A stretch of DNA of 64,000 bases from Thermoplasmata archaeon (GCA_021796385.1 JAJYXQ010000043.1:2202-66201), one strand, 5' to 3'; counted from the stretch's first letter, positions 8,020 through 16,621 are shown. Notes: generated by a model from the sequence alone, not told the origin. Numbers and translations are program-made.

Positions 8020-9257
8020 TTACACTGTTGCCCCCGGGTTGGGTTTCAACTCCGCTAAGAGTCGTTCTCGAGTTCAAGTACGGTAAGAGTTTGCCCGAAC
8101 ACAGTCGCGAGGAGGGACCGATTCCCGTTTTCGGCTCGAGCGGTGTGGTGGGAACTCATACTGTGGCATGGACAAGCGGTCCGACTATTGTGGTAGGCCG
8201 GAAGGGCACGGTTGGTGCGACTCACTTTTCAGCCGGCCCATGTTGGCCCATTGACACCACGTACTATGTCGATGATTTCGGTCCACTCGATCCAAAATTC
8301 CTGACACACCAATTACGGTTCATGGCTCTAGGCCAACATAACACGTCAACAGCCATTCCGGGGTTGAATCGCGACATAGTCTACGACCAAGATGTGAGGA
8401 TAGCTCCCCTCCCCGAGCAGCACCGCATCGTGGAGGCCATCGAAGCCAACTTCGCCAGGCTGGATGAGGCGGTCGCGGGGTTGGAGCGGGCATGGGCGAA
8501 CCTTGCCCGGTACCGAGATAATGTGCTGAAAGAGGCTTGCGAAGGGCGTCTGATCTTTTCGCGGGCGAGCACCACAACTCTTGGAGAGATAGCGGAAATT
8601 CAGGGTGGCATTACTCTTGGGAAGAAGCGTGGTCAGGGAGAGCGAGTTCGACCCGTGCCATACCTCCGAGTTGCGAATGTTCAGCGCGGTCGTCTCGACC
8701 TCTCCGAGATGAAGTCCATTCCAGCGACGGAGGAGGAAATTGGTCGTCTTCGACTCGTCAGGGGCGACGTCTTATTCAATGAAGGAGGAGATCGCGACAA
8801 ACTCGGTCGTGGCTGGATCTGGGAAGACCAGTTACCGGAGTGCATCCATCAGAACCACGTGTTTCGAGCGAGAGTCAACTCTTGCATGGCCTTCTCGAAG
8901 TTCATTTCTTACTATGGCAACTCCGTGGCGCAGGGGTATTTTTGGGACGAGGGAAAGCATACGACCAACATGGCGTCCATCAACCGCACGTCTCTTGCCG
9001 CCTTGCCAATCCGCCTTCCCCCGCTCCAGACCCAACTTGATATCGTTACCGAGGTTGAGCGCATTCTGTCAATTTCCGACGAAGCCTCAGTCGAGGTTCG
9101 CAAGTCCCTCGACCGAGCAAACCATCTCCGCAAGTCGATCCTTGAAGCCGCTTACTCGGGCCACCTCGTGCGGCAGGAACCTAGTGACGAACCAGCGAGC
9201 GCGCTCCTCGAGCGCATCAAGGCCGAACGCTCCAGGTCTGCCCCTCGGAGGCGGTAG
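8016..9257 (+). CDS. hsdS: type I restriction-modification specificity subunit
   Basis: GTG start overlapping the hsdR stop (GTGA); two target-recognition-domain halves separated by conserved helical spacers; 413 aa. Confidence 0.85.
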   Translation: MITLLPPGWVSTPLRVVLEFKYGKSLPEHSREEGPIPVFGSSGVVGTHTVAWTSGPTIVVGRKGTVGATHFSAGPCWPIDTTYYVDDFGPLDPKFLTHQLRFMALGQHNTSTAIPGLNRDIVYDQDVRIAPLPEQHRIVEAIEANFARLDEAVAGLERAWANLARYRDNVLKEACEGRLIFSRASTTTLGEIAEIQGGITLGKKRGQGERVRPVPYLRVANVQRGRLDLSEMKSIPATEEEIGRLRLVRGDVLFNEGGDRDKLGRGWIWEDQLPECIHQNHVFRARVNSCMAFSKFISYYGNSVAQGYFWDEGKHTTNMASINRTSLAALPIRLPPLQTQLDIVTEVERILSISDEASVEVRKSLDRANHLRKSILEAAYSGHLVRQEPSDEPASALLERIKAERSRSAPRRR

Positions 9258-9259
9258 CT

Positions 9260-10777
9260 ATGCGGGTCCTGCTCGATACTAACATCCTAATCCATCGCGA
9301 GGCGGACCGGGTTGACCGAGAAGACATTGGAACCTTGTTCCGGGCTCTGGACTCCATCCATGCAGAGAAATGCGTCCACCCTGCCTCCATTGAGGAGATT
9401 GCACGACACGCGGTCCCCGGAGTGGTCCACGCTTTCAAGGTCAAGCTGGACAGCTACCATGTCCTGAAGACGCTCGCCCCTGTAACTTCTGAGACTGCGC
9501 CTCTCGGAGTCGGAGACCGTACCGATAATGACCGGATTGACACCGCACTACTGCGCGAGGTCGCGGCCGGCCGCGTTGACGCCCTCATCACTGAAGACCG
9601 GGGAATCCATGCGAAGGCACGGTCGGTCGGTCTCTCCGCGTCGGTATTCACAATCGATTCCTTCTTGGAGAAGGTCAATGCCGAGAACCCCCCGCTCGCG
9701 GACTATCGGGTCCTTTCCGTCAGGAAGACCCACTTTGGCGCGGTCAACCTCCGTGACAAGTTCTTCGACTCGTTCCGCAGTGAGTACAAGGACTTCGACA
9801 AGTGGTTCAACAGGAAAGCCGACGAGGTCGCCTATTGCTGTACCGACGTTGGAGGAGACATAGTCGCATTCCTCTTCGTCAAGCGCGAGGGTGTGGAAGA
9901 GAACTACTCGGACATCTCTCCTCCCTTCGGAAAGGCAAACCGTCTCAAGATTGGCACGTTCAAGGTCACAGCCAATGGCTACAAACTTGGCGAGCGTCTC
10001 CTCAAGATCGTATTCGATAACTCTCTCCTCTACGGTGTGGACGAAATCTACGTGACCGCGTTCGGCAAGTCCACGGAACAAGAGCGATTGCTCGGTCTCC
10101 TGGGGGAATGGGGGTTCATTTTGCACGGCACGAAGACCACACTCGACGGGGTGGAGCAAGTTTGGCTTCGTAACTTCCGCCCTGCCTTCGATGCGGCAAA
10201 CCCACGGAGGAGCTACCCTTACATCTCGACACAGACGAGACAATTCATCGTGCCGATCTACCCGGCTTATCATACCGAGCTCCTTCCCGACTCCATCCTG
10301 GACACCGAGTCGCCGGCGGATTTCGTCGAGAGCAAGCCCAACCGTAACGCGATCAGTAAAGTCTACGTCTCGCGTTCCATTGAGCGGGGACTGCGACCCG
10401 GGGACATCATCGTATTCTACCGCACAAGATCAGGCAATGGTCCTGCCCACTACACTTCGGTGGCGACTACTCTCGGAATCGTCCAAGAGGTAGTCGAAGG
10501 CTTCCATACCAAGGACGAGTTCATCAAAGTCTGTCGGAAACGTAGCGTATTCACAGACGCGGAACTTACGGCCCAGTGGGATCACAATCCAAGTTCTCGT
10601 CCATTCATCGTCAACTTTCTCTACGCCTATTCACTTCCTACTCGGCCAAACCTCGTGAAGTTGAAGGAGGCGGGCATCATCACCGATGCCCCACGAGGCA
10701 TCGAATTCATGTCGATTGAATCGTTTAGAAAGTTGCTAGAGGTGTCTAATGCCAACAAGCGCGTTGTTATCGATTAG
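9260..10777 (+). CDS. multidomain protein: N-terminal PIN nuclease domain, central GNAT-like acetyltransferase fold, C-terminal ASCH (PUA-like) domain
   Basis: PIN: MRVLLDTNILIHREAD...ALITEDRG. GNAT-like: RLKIGTFKVTANGYKLGERLLKIVFDN...IYVTAFG. ASCH-like: AISKVYVSRS...GDIIVFYRT (a K-x4-R variant of GxKxxExR). Starts 3 nt after the hsdS stop and lies inside the R-M operon. Confidence 0.6.
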   Translation: MRVLLDTNILIHREADRVDREDIGTLFRALDSIHAEKCVHPASIEEIARHAVPGVVHAFKVKLDSYHVLKTLAPVTSETAPLGVGDRTDNDRIDTALLREVAAGRVDALITEDRGIHAKARSVGLSASVFTIDSFLEKVNAENPPLADYRVLSVRKTHFGAVNLRDKFFDSFRSEYKDFDKWFNRKADEVAYCCTDVGGDIVAFLFVKREGVEENYSDISPPFGKANRLKIGTFKVTANGYKLGERLLKIVFDNSLLYGVDEIYVTAFGKSTEQERLLGLLGEWGFILHGTKTTLDGVEQVWLRNFRPAFDAANPRRSYPYISTQTRQFIVPIYPAYHTELLPDSILDTESPADFVESKPNRNAISKVYVSRSIERGLRPGDIIVFYRTRSGNGPAHYTSVATTLGIVQEVVEGFHTKDEFIKVCRKRSVFTDAELTAQWDHNPSSRPFIVNFLYAYSLPTRPNLVKLKEAGIITDAPRGIEFMSIESFRKLLEVSNANKRVVID

Positions 10778-11141
10778 GCCCGAGTTCGCGGAGGCCATTC
10801 TAGAAGGGAGGAAGACCTATGAGCTTCGGCGCCGCTTATTTGCTCGCGATGACGTCACCCGAATCTTGGTCTATGCCTCCAGTCCTGTGCAGCGCGTGGT
10901 CGGCGAGTTCTCCGTGGAGAAGATCCTAGCGATGGAGCCGCGCAAGCTCTGGGCTGTAACTTCAAGTGGAGCTGCCGTGCAGCGGAGACTCTTCGACTCG
11001 TACTTCGAAGACCGGCAAGTAGGATATGCCATCAAGGTGGGAAAGGTGCGGCGCTATGGACATCCAATGACCCTGAAGGAAAGCTGCGGCTTGGAGCGCC
11101 CACCGCAGTCGTTTTGCTATCTTCGCCCAAAGGGTGACTGA
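10749..11141 (+). CDS. ASCH domain protein
   Basis: SIRPEFAEAILEGRKTYELRRR carries a perfect ASCH GxKxxExR signature; 130 aa; overlaps the upstream gene by 29 nt; its stop overlaps the hsdM start (ATGA). Confidence 0.7.
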   Translation: MPTSALLSIRPEFAEAILEGRKTYELRRRLFARDDVTRILVYASSPVQRVVGEFSVEKILAMEPRKLWAVTSSGAAVQRRLFDSYFEDRQVGYAIKVGKVRRYGHPMTLKESCGLERPPQSFCYLRPKGD

Positions 11142-12700
11142 TGGCAACCAACCACTCCCAACAGATCATCCAGAAGTTGTGGAACTACTGCAACGTCCTG
11201 CGTGACGACGGCCTATCCTACGGGGACTACCTCGAACAACTGACCTACCTCCTCTTCCTCAAGATGGCTCACGAACAGACGCAACCGCCGTGGAGCCGTG
11301 CTTCCCCCATCCCGGAACAGTTCGCCTGGCCGAGCCTCCTCAAGCGCTCCGGCGACGACCTTGAGACCCACTACCGGCACATCCTGGAGTCCCTCGGGAA
11401 GGAGAAGGGGATGCTGGGAATCATCTTCCGCAAGGCCCAGAACAAGGTCCAGGATCCCGCCAAGCTCGAACGCCTCATCAAGGACCTCATCGACCGCGAA
11501 CAGTGGATGTCCCTTGACGCCGACGTCAAGGGAGATGCCTACGAGGGACTCCTCCAGAAGAACGCCGAGGATGTGAAGGGAGGGGCCGGCCAGTACTTCA
11601 CCCCACGGCCCCTCATCCGAGCCATCGTGGATGTCATGCGGCCGGCGCCGGGAGAGACCGCCTGCGACCCTGCGTGCGGGACGGGCGGCTTCCTCCTCGC
11701 CGCCCACGACTACATCGTCCGCACGAACCCGAACCTCGACAAGACGCAGAAGAAGCACCTGAAGCTCCAGGCCCTTCATGGTGTCGAGATCGTGGACGCC
11801 GTGACGCGCCTCTGCGCGATGAACCTCCTCTTACATGGTATCGGACCTCAGGACGACGAGTCCGTCCCACCCGTGAAGACCGACGACAGCTTACGCGCCG
11901 ACCCCGGGGACCGCTTCGACATGGTCCTCACGAACCCCCCCTTCGGTCGGAAGTCCTCGGTCATGATCGTCAACCAGGAAGGGGAAGAAGAGAAGCAGTC
12001 GCTCACAGTCGTCCGCGATGACTTCTGGGCGGAGACGAGCAACAAGCAGTTGAACTTCGTCCAGCACGTCAAGACCCTCCTCAAGGTCAACGGAAGGGCG
12101 GCCGTCGTGGTTCCCGACAATGTCCTCTTCGAGGGAGGGGCGGGGGAGACCATCCGCAGGAAGCTCCTCGAGACGTGCGAGGTCCACACCCTCCTGCGTC
12201 TCCCCACGGGCATCTTCTACGCCCAGGGTGTGAAGGCCAACGTCCTCTTCTTCGACAAGAAGCCCGGGAGCGCAAAGCCCTGGACCCAGAAGTTGTGGGT
12301 CTACGATTTGCGAACGAACCAGCACTTCACTCTCCGCACGAATCCCCTGAAGCGGGAGGACCTGGACGAGTTCGTAGCCTGCTACAACCCGAAGAACCGG
12401 CACGAGCGGAAGTCCACCTACGACCCGAAGGCAAACCCACAGGGGAGGTGGCGTGCCTACGACTATGAGGAGCTCCTACAGCGGGACAAGGTGAGTCTCG
12501 ACCTGCTGTGGCTCAAGGACGATAGTCTGGAGGATTCGGCCAACCTCCCCGAGCCCCATGTCATTGCCGCCGAGATCGCCGAGGATCTGCAGGCGGCCGC
12601 TGAGCAGTTTGCGCTCATTGCCAATGACCTTCAGAGCCGCATGAAGAAGCCGGCGTCGGGGGATGACGGAAAGAAAAAATCCCTCCAGAGCAAGGGATAG
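11141..12700 (+). CDS. hsdM: type I restriction-modification N6-adenine DNA methyltransferase subunit
   Basis: Classic HsdM N-terminus (QKLWNYCNVLRDDG...YLEQLTYLLFLK); AdoMet motif DPACGTGGFL; catalytic NPPFG. Confidence 0.92.
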   Translation: MATNHSQQIIQKLWNYCNVLRDDGLSYGDYLEQLTYLLFLKMAHEQTQPPWSRASPIPEQFAWPSLLKRSGDDLETHYRHILESLGKEKGMLGIIFRKAQNKVQDPAKLERLIKDLIDREQWMSLDADVKGDAYEGLLQKNAEDVKGGAGQYFTPRPLIRAIVDVMRPAPGETACDPACGTGGFLLAAHDYIVRTNPNLDKTQKKHLKLQALHGVEIVDAVTRLCAMNLLLHGIGPQDDESVPPVKTDDSLRADPGDRFDMVLTNPPFGRKSSVMIVNQEGEEEKQSLTVVRDDFWAETSNKQLNFVQHVKTLLKVNGRAAVVVPDNVLFEGGAGETIRRKLLETCEVHTLLRLPTGIFYAQGVKANVLFFDKKPGSAKPWTQKLWVYDLRTNQHFTLRTNPLKREDLDEFVACYNPKNRHERKSTYDPKANPQGRWRAYDYEELLQRDKVSLDLLWLKDDSLEDSANLPEPHVIAAEIAEDLQAAAEQFALIANDLQSRMKKPASGDDGKKKSLQSKG

Positions 12701-12703
12701 CCG

Positions 12704-13150
12704 ATGAGCCCATTGGCGTGGTTCCCCCGCGGCCGCTGGCCCTCCCCGTGCGCCGGGTGCGGGAAGAAGATCCCCTCCTCCTCCCGCCGGACCCACGACC
12801 CGGCCACGAACAAGTTCTACCACCCCGCGTGCGCACCTGAGCCCGACCCCGACAACGGCGCAGCCGGCCAGTCGGGACCAGGGAAGAGTTCACTCGAAGC
12901 GCAAAGCAAGGCGGGGAACCTCCCCGGCTTCGTGAGCGGCGACAAGCTGAAGCCGGGCCCGCCCCGCGTGGCAATCTACGCGCGGGTCTCCACCAAGAAG
13001 CAGGAGACGGAGAACCAGGTGGTCTGGCTGCGCGACTACACCGCCCAGATGGGTCGGGCCGTGGCGGAGGTCCTGAGGGAGCTGGGGCTCCCGAAGACGG
13101 CGCTGTCGGCGGTGCAGAGAGCCGTTACGACGAGGCAGGAATTGAGGTGA
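12704..13150 (+). CDS. zinc-ribbon protein carrying a serine-recombinase N-terminal catalytic motif; likely recombinase remnant or fusion
   Basis: N-terminal CAGCGKK...HPAC; then RVAIYARVSTKKQETENQVVWLRDYTAQMGRAVAEV matches the resolvase motif aiYaRVSt..Q....Q...l..ya...g..v..v and then diverges; there is no resolvase core or HTH. GC falls from ~65 % to ~45 % at ~13150-13160. Confidence 0.45.
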   Translation: MSPLAWFPRGRWPSPCAGCGKKIPSSSRRTHDPATNKFYHPACAPEPDPDNGAAGQSGPGKSSLEAQSKAGNLPGFVSGDKLKPGPPRVAIYARVSTKKQETENQVVWLRDYTAQMGRAVAEVLRELGLPKTALSAVQRAVTTRQELR

Positions 13151-13767
13151 TGCGGGTGATGGAGGAACTCAACAACATTCAGTTTCCGAGAATTGATGAC
13201 TACTTCTACCCTAGCGGAAGTTTGGCGGAGGGTTGGAAGTTCAAATCGCAGAAAGCGAGAGCAGCCTGGATTCTCTTCAGGCTCTATTTGAACGGCACCA
13301 TTACTCAATGGAATCGCATGGCCGAGAATGCGGACTCTTCCCGTAAGGATATGGGAAACCTACAGGTGTGGTGCAGAAACCAGATTGACTTGCATTTCTA
13401 TCTTATCTGCTGGGACAAGATGCATAAGTATCTCAAAGTCTTTGTTAACGAACAGGATGACAGCGAGATTCTCAGGATATATTCTCGAATTAAGCGCCTG
13501 CTCGAAATGGGAAAACTAGCTCGAGACCATCTTGAGCACCTGGACAAACGAATCGATAGACCCACTACGGGATTCCATTATCTCGGTATTGGATCGGATG
13601 GGATGCTCACGCTGGCGTACAGAGATGTACCCAACAAGGGCGGAATAATCGAGAGGGATGTTGCGTTAGGCAAGGATGAAGTGGAGCAAGTGATGGCAAC
13701 GTTCAAAAATATCATGGATGTCTTGGAGGGTTCGACTCGAAGTAATCCGCGCCAAAACGATTTGTAG
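13147..13767 (+). CDS. hypothetical protein (low-GC insert); possible HEPN-like motif
   Basis: 206-aa ORF with protein-like composition and a downstream T5 tract; contains LARDHLEHLDKR (an Rx4H-like motif); no confident family. Confidence 0.5.
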   Translation: MMRVMEELNNIQFPRIDDYFYPSGSLAEGWKFKSQKARAAWILFRLYLNGTITQWNRMAENADSSRKDMGNLQVWCRNQIDLHFYLICWDKMHKYLKVFVNEQDDSEILRIYSRIKRLLEMGKLARDHLEHLDKRIDRPTTGFHYLGIGSDGMLTLAYRDVPNKGGIIERDVALGKDEVEQVMATFKNIMDVLEGSTRSNPRQNDL

Positions 13768-13790
13768 CGGGACCACTGGAGAGTTGGACA

Positions 13791-13845
13791 TTTTTAGCCC
13801 TACCTAAAGGGGACATTTAGGGATAGGGGAGTCTTCTAAAGACTC
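13791..13845. terminator. T5 tract plus a 7-bp hairpin (GAGTCTT-cta-AAGACTC) between convergent genes
   Basis: TTTTT at 13791-13795; a perfect inverted repeat at 13829-13845; lies between the stop of 13147..13767 and the 3' end of the HEPN gene. Confidence 0.25.
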
Positions 13846-14315
13846 TATGCGCAAAGCGACTGAATCTTGTCAATGAGTTCAAGGGCGCCGTTGTAGTAAT
13901 CTTTGAGACGACCATAGGAGATGCCTACATCGGAACCGTGCGATATGCTGTTCCGATTATTGACAATGCTGTTGACAGCCTCCTTCACGCGGTCATCCAA
14001 GCAATTCAGTTCTGCCTGCCATTTTGGGCTAAATGCTCCCGCAAGTTCAAGTATCTTCTGCATGTTTGGATTTTGAAAGTACTCCAGTTGGCTGCCAACG
14101 TAATTCGATACCGTGGGGGCGGCCTTGTTGGAGGCGTAGCCAGCGTAGATCGTGCGTAATGAGGTTTCGAGAAAACCAGAAATCAGGATGCAAAGGTAAC
14201 GTGTCCAATGGGACTGCATCTCAGGGTCGTCGGTGATCCGTATCTTCTCGAATAGGCGATCGATTCGCTGTTGTCGCCGCTTAATCTCGAAGTCATAGTA
14301 TCCCAGATTGGTCAT
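13845..14315 (-). CDS. HEPN-domain protein (Rx4HG motif), partner of the DUF262 protein
   Basis: A C-terminal NNRNSISHG gives the R-x4-H-G HEPN catalytic signature; alpha-helical; 156 aa; overlaps the upstream DUF262 gene by 4 nt. Confidence 0.6.
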   Translation of the reverse strand: MTNLGYYDFEIKRRQQRIDRLFEKIRITDDPEMQSHWTRYLCILISGFLETSLRTIYAGYASNKAAPTVSNYVGSQLEYFQNPNMQKILELAGAFSPKWQAELNCLDDRVKEAVNSIVNNRNSISHGSDVGISYGRLKDYYNGALELIDKIQSLCA

Positions 14316-15385
14316 GGTACATTCATGAAAGCATCGACTGCGAGCTTCATGCGCGCAGCGAGCTGAGCCTCTCTTGCCGTTGCCTTTCCAGATGCTTGGA
14401 TAAAGTCCGGATTCAAGAGAAGACTGTCATATGCCTGTGAGAGGGAGGTAGGGTTAGAGAGGGGGCCCCTCTTGAGCCTCTCAGCTACCCCCACCATGAC
14501 CGAATCAAAGACAGCCGCGTTCAACACCCCTTGCGGACGGAAGGCCCTCACTCCAATCGTGTCGTGAATGGTATGGATGGTCTTCGAAAACGTCGAGGTG
14601 AGTTCGTCCGCAGATTGCAGCACAAGACGCCGGTTTTTGGACATGTACCGGTTAAGGAACTTCTTCATGGGGCTTTCGTATTTCGTGCGATAATAGAACA
14701 TGGACAGGAACCGGAGAAGGAGTTCTTGGTCTCGCATTCTAGAACTCGTGTCACCGTATATCGCGCGCCAATCTTTGTTCCGATTCAGTTCCTTTAACAA
14801 TTCCTTGAATTCTCCATGGTAAATGGCGCTTCGAATCTCTTGGGATTGGAGATCGGTTCCGCCGGTGTTAAGTCGCTCGAAAATGAGGAAGGTACTGCTG
14901 TTCTCGTCTTCGGGCTCGTCCTGCCTAACGATTGTCGCATGGAGGATTGAATCGTCTAGCCTCCTTCGAGCTTCATCGGGGAGGGTTTTGTACGTCATGT
15001 CCTTGAATCGGCTTACGACCCCTCTTAGCTCAAACGCCTTCTTAGAAGGTTCAAAGACTCCATCGAAGAAGAACTGAAGAGTGCGCAATCGTTGGTTTCC
15101 GTCAATTACTAGGAGTTTCTGGGTCGATTCTTCCTTTGAAAGGAAGATGCCGGGGACCGGCAATCCCAAGAGGAGAGATTCGATGAACCTGCATGCTTGG
15201 CTGTAGGTCCAGACGTACCCTCTTTGGAAATCTGGCAGGGAGATGTCTCCGGCTTTGAGACGCTTGACAAGGCTGTCGACGGTGTAGTCGGCACCATAAG
15301 CCGTTATCGAGTAGTCGAACAGTATTTCTTCCTCGAACTCATCGCCTAAGCTGTCAACGATTTCGGTGTCGACCATCAAACCCAC
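14312..15385 (-). CDS. DUF262 (ParB/Srx-like, DGQQR motif) domain protein
   Basis: PDFQRGYVWT...ESLLLGLPVPGIFL...LLVIDGNQRLRTL (a DGQQR variant) and FERLNTGGTDLQSQEIRSAIY; 357 aa with a C-terminal helical region; ~47 % GC. Confidence 0.75.
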   Translation of the reverse strand: MGLMVDTEIVDSLGDEFEEEILFDYSITAYGADYTVDSLVKRLKAGDISLPDFQRGYVWTYSQACRFIESLLLGLPVPGIFLSKEESTQKLLVIDGNQRLRTLQFFFDGVFEPSKKAFELRGVVSRFKDMTYKTLPDEARRRLDDSILHATIVRQDEPEDENSSTFLIFERLNTGGTDLQSQEIRSAIYHGEFKELLKELNRNKDWRAIYGDTSSRMRDQELLLRFLSMFYYRTKYESPMKKFLNRYMSKNRRLVLQSADELTSTFSKTIHTIHDTIGVRAFRPQGVLNAAVFDSVMVGVAERLKRGPLSNPTSLSQAYDSLLLNPDFIQASGKATAREAQLAARMKLAVDAFMNVP

Positions 15386-15738
15386 CGGTGTAGTGGGGAG
15401 ATGGTGAGAAAGGGTATGATGTTTTCTGCCTGGTTTGCAGAGATTATGGAGAATCCAGAGTTCGCTCGCAGCTTACTTTTCCCATTCCCGTCAGCGACGC
15501 CCCACCCAAGTTGCTCCGTAGGGGTGTTGGGGTCTTTGCCGTCAGCAACAAGCTCATGCCTGGCATGAAACCCAGCAGTTCTGAAGAAAGGGGATGGGTT
15601 AAGCGTCAAGTTCAAGTTGTGTCCTTTCGTGGCGGCAATAATATCAGATGGTTACGGTCATGTGTATCACATCGCTCAAAACGAACTTCGCATTTCTCTT
15701 GTCTAGTCGATTTCAATAGCATATGAACCCGATTGATA

Positions 15739-16197
15739 TCAGCTTCGCGAATGTGGGGGGTATCGATACTTCCGGTCTCCCCCCCCCAACATATCAAAGC
15801 CACTTTTCACAGAATGGCAAGACCGGCAAAGGGTCCAGAGGTTCCACATTTCGTTAATGTTGCCAAGCTGCAGCTCGATAAGATGGTCCACCTCGAAGAG
15901 ACCCTTGGTGTCCCCGCATGCTTGGCACCTGTGTTGATCTCGTTCGAGGATCGATTCTCGCCAGCGATAGGCCCTTTTGGCGAGTTGGTGCTTCGACTCG
16001 GGTCCCTTGGTAACTCCTGAACGTGTCACACGCCAGGAGTGAGGTGTGCCAAGGGCAAGATGTCCTTCGACCCGCATGCACTCGGCCGAAATGATAGCGG
16101 ACGGGCGTTCGTAGTACTTCTCCATGATGCAGTCATACCTTGCTATGCATTTTGGGTAAGCCTTCAAGTCCGCAGTGAATGCGTCGTTCTTTTCCAT
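15739..16197 (-). CDS. HNH endonuclease
   Basis: RDQHRCQACGDTKGLFEVDHLIELQLGNINEMWNLWTLCRSCH is the HNH (H-N-H plus CxxC zinc) signature; 152 aa; its C-terminal tail runs through a C9 homopolymer. Confidence 0.7.
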   Translation of the reverse strand: MEKNDAFTADLKAYPKCIARYDCIMEKYYERPSAIISAECMRVEGHLALGTPHSWRVTRSGVTKGPESKHQLAKRAYRWRESILERDQHRCQACGDTKGLFEVDHLIELQLGNINEMWNLWTLCRSCHSVKSGFDMLGGGDRKYRYPPHSRS

Positions 16198-16323
16198 GAT
16201 CGTTCAAGTAGGAGCAAACATTCACTTAATTGTGGCTCTTTAATAGACACTCGATTCGAGCGTCACCGCCCACTGTGAGAAATCTCACGTACCCTCAAAT
16301 ACCCTTCCGTCTCGAACTCGGGC

Positions 16324-16617
16324 ATGTCCGCCGTTGCCCTCGTCCAAGAGAAGCCTCAGGAACACCGTAGGACCGCCCTCGTTGACTATTCCCAAGACGA
16401 TTCCAACCTATCGGCCGATGTGGCGGCCGTCACCGCCTTGCCCCAATCCAAGCCCGAGCTCGTGGTGAGCCTTCGCCCGTTGAAGACCGTTGCGGATAAG
16501 CTACTTCCCGATCACCCTCTCCGCATCCTTCTCTCCGGTGAGCCAGAGAACCTTCCTGTGGAGGAGTATCTCCTCAAGCTTCCCGGTTGGTATCGCCTTC
16601 TTCGTAGCGAGGAGTGA
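16324..16617 (+). CDS. hypothetical small protein
   Basis: 97-aa ORF; a GAGGAG SD-like sequence and the next gene's start lie 4 nt after its stop. Confidence 0.25.
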   Translation: MSAVALVQEKPQEHRRTALVDYSQDDSNLSADVAAVTALPQSKPELVVSLRPLKTVADKLLPDHPLRILLSGEPENLPVEEYLLKLPGWYRLLRSEE

Positions 16618-16621
16618 AACG

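Noticed and set aside
11213-12403. Minus-strand ORFs (188 and 170 aa) inside hsdM
   Set aside because: Antisense to a confidently assigned methyltransferase gene; low-complexity products.
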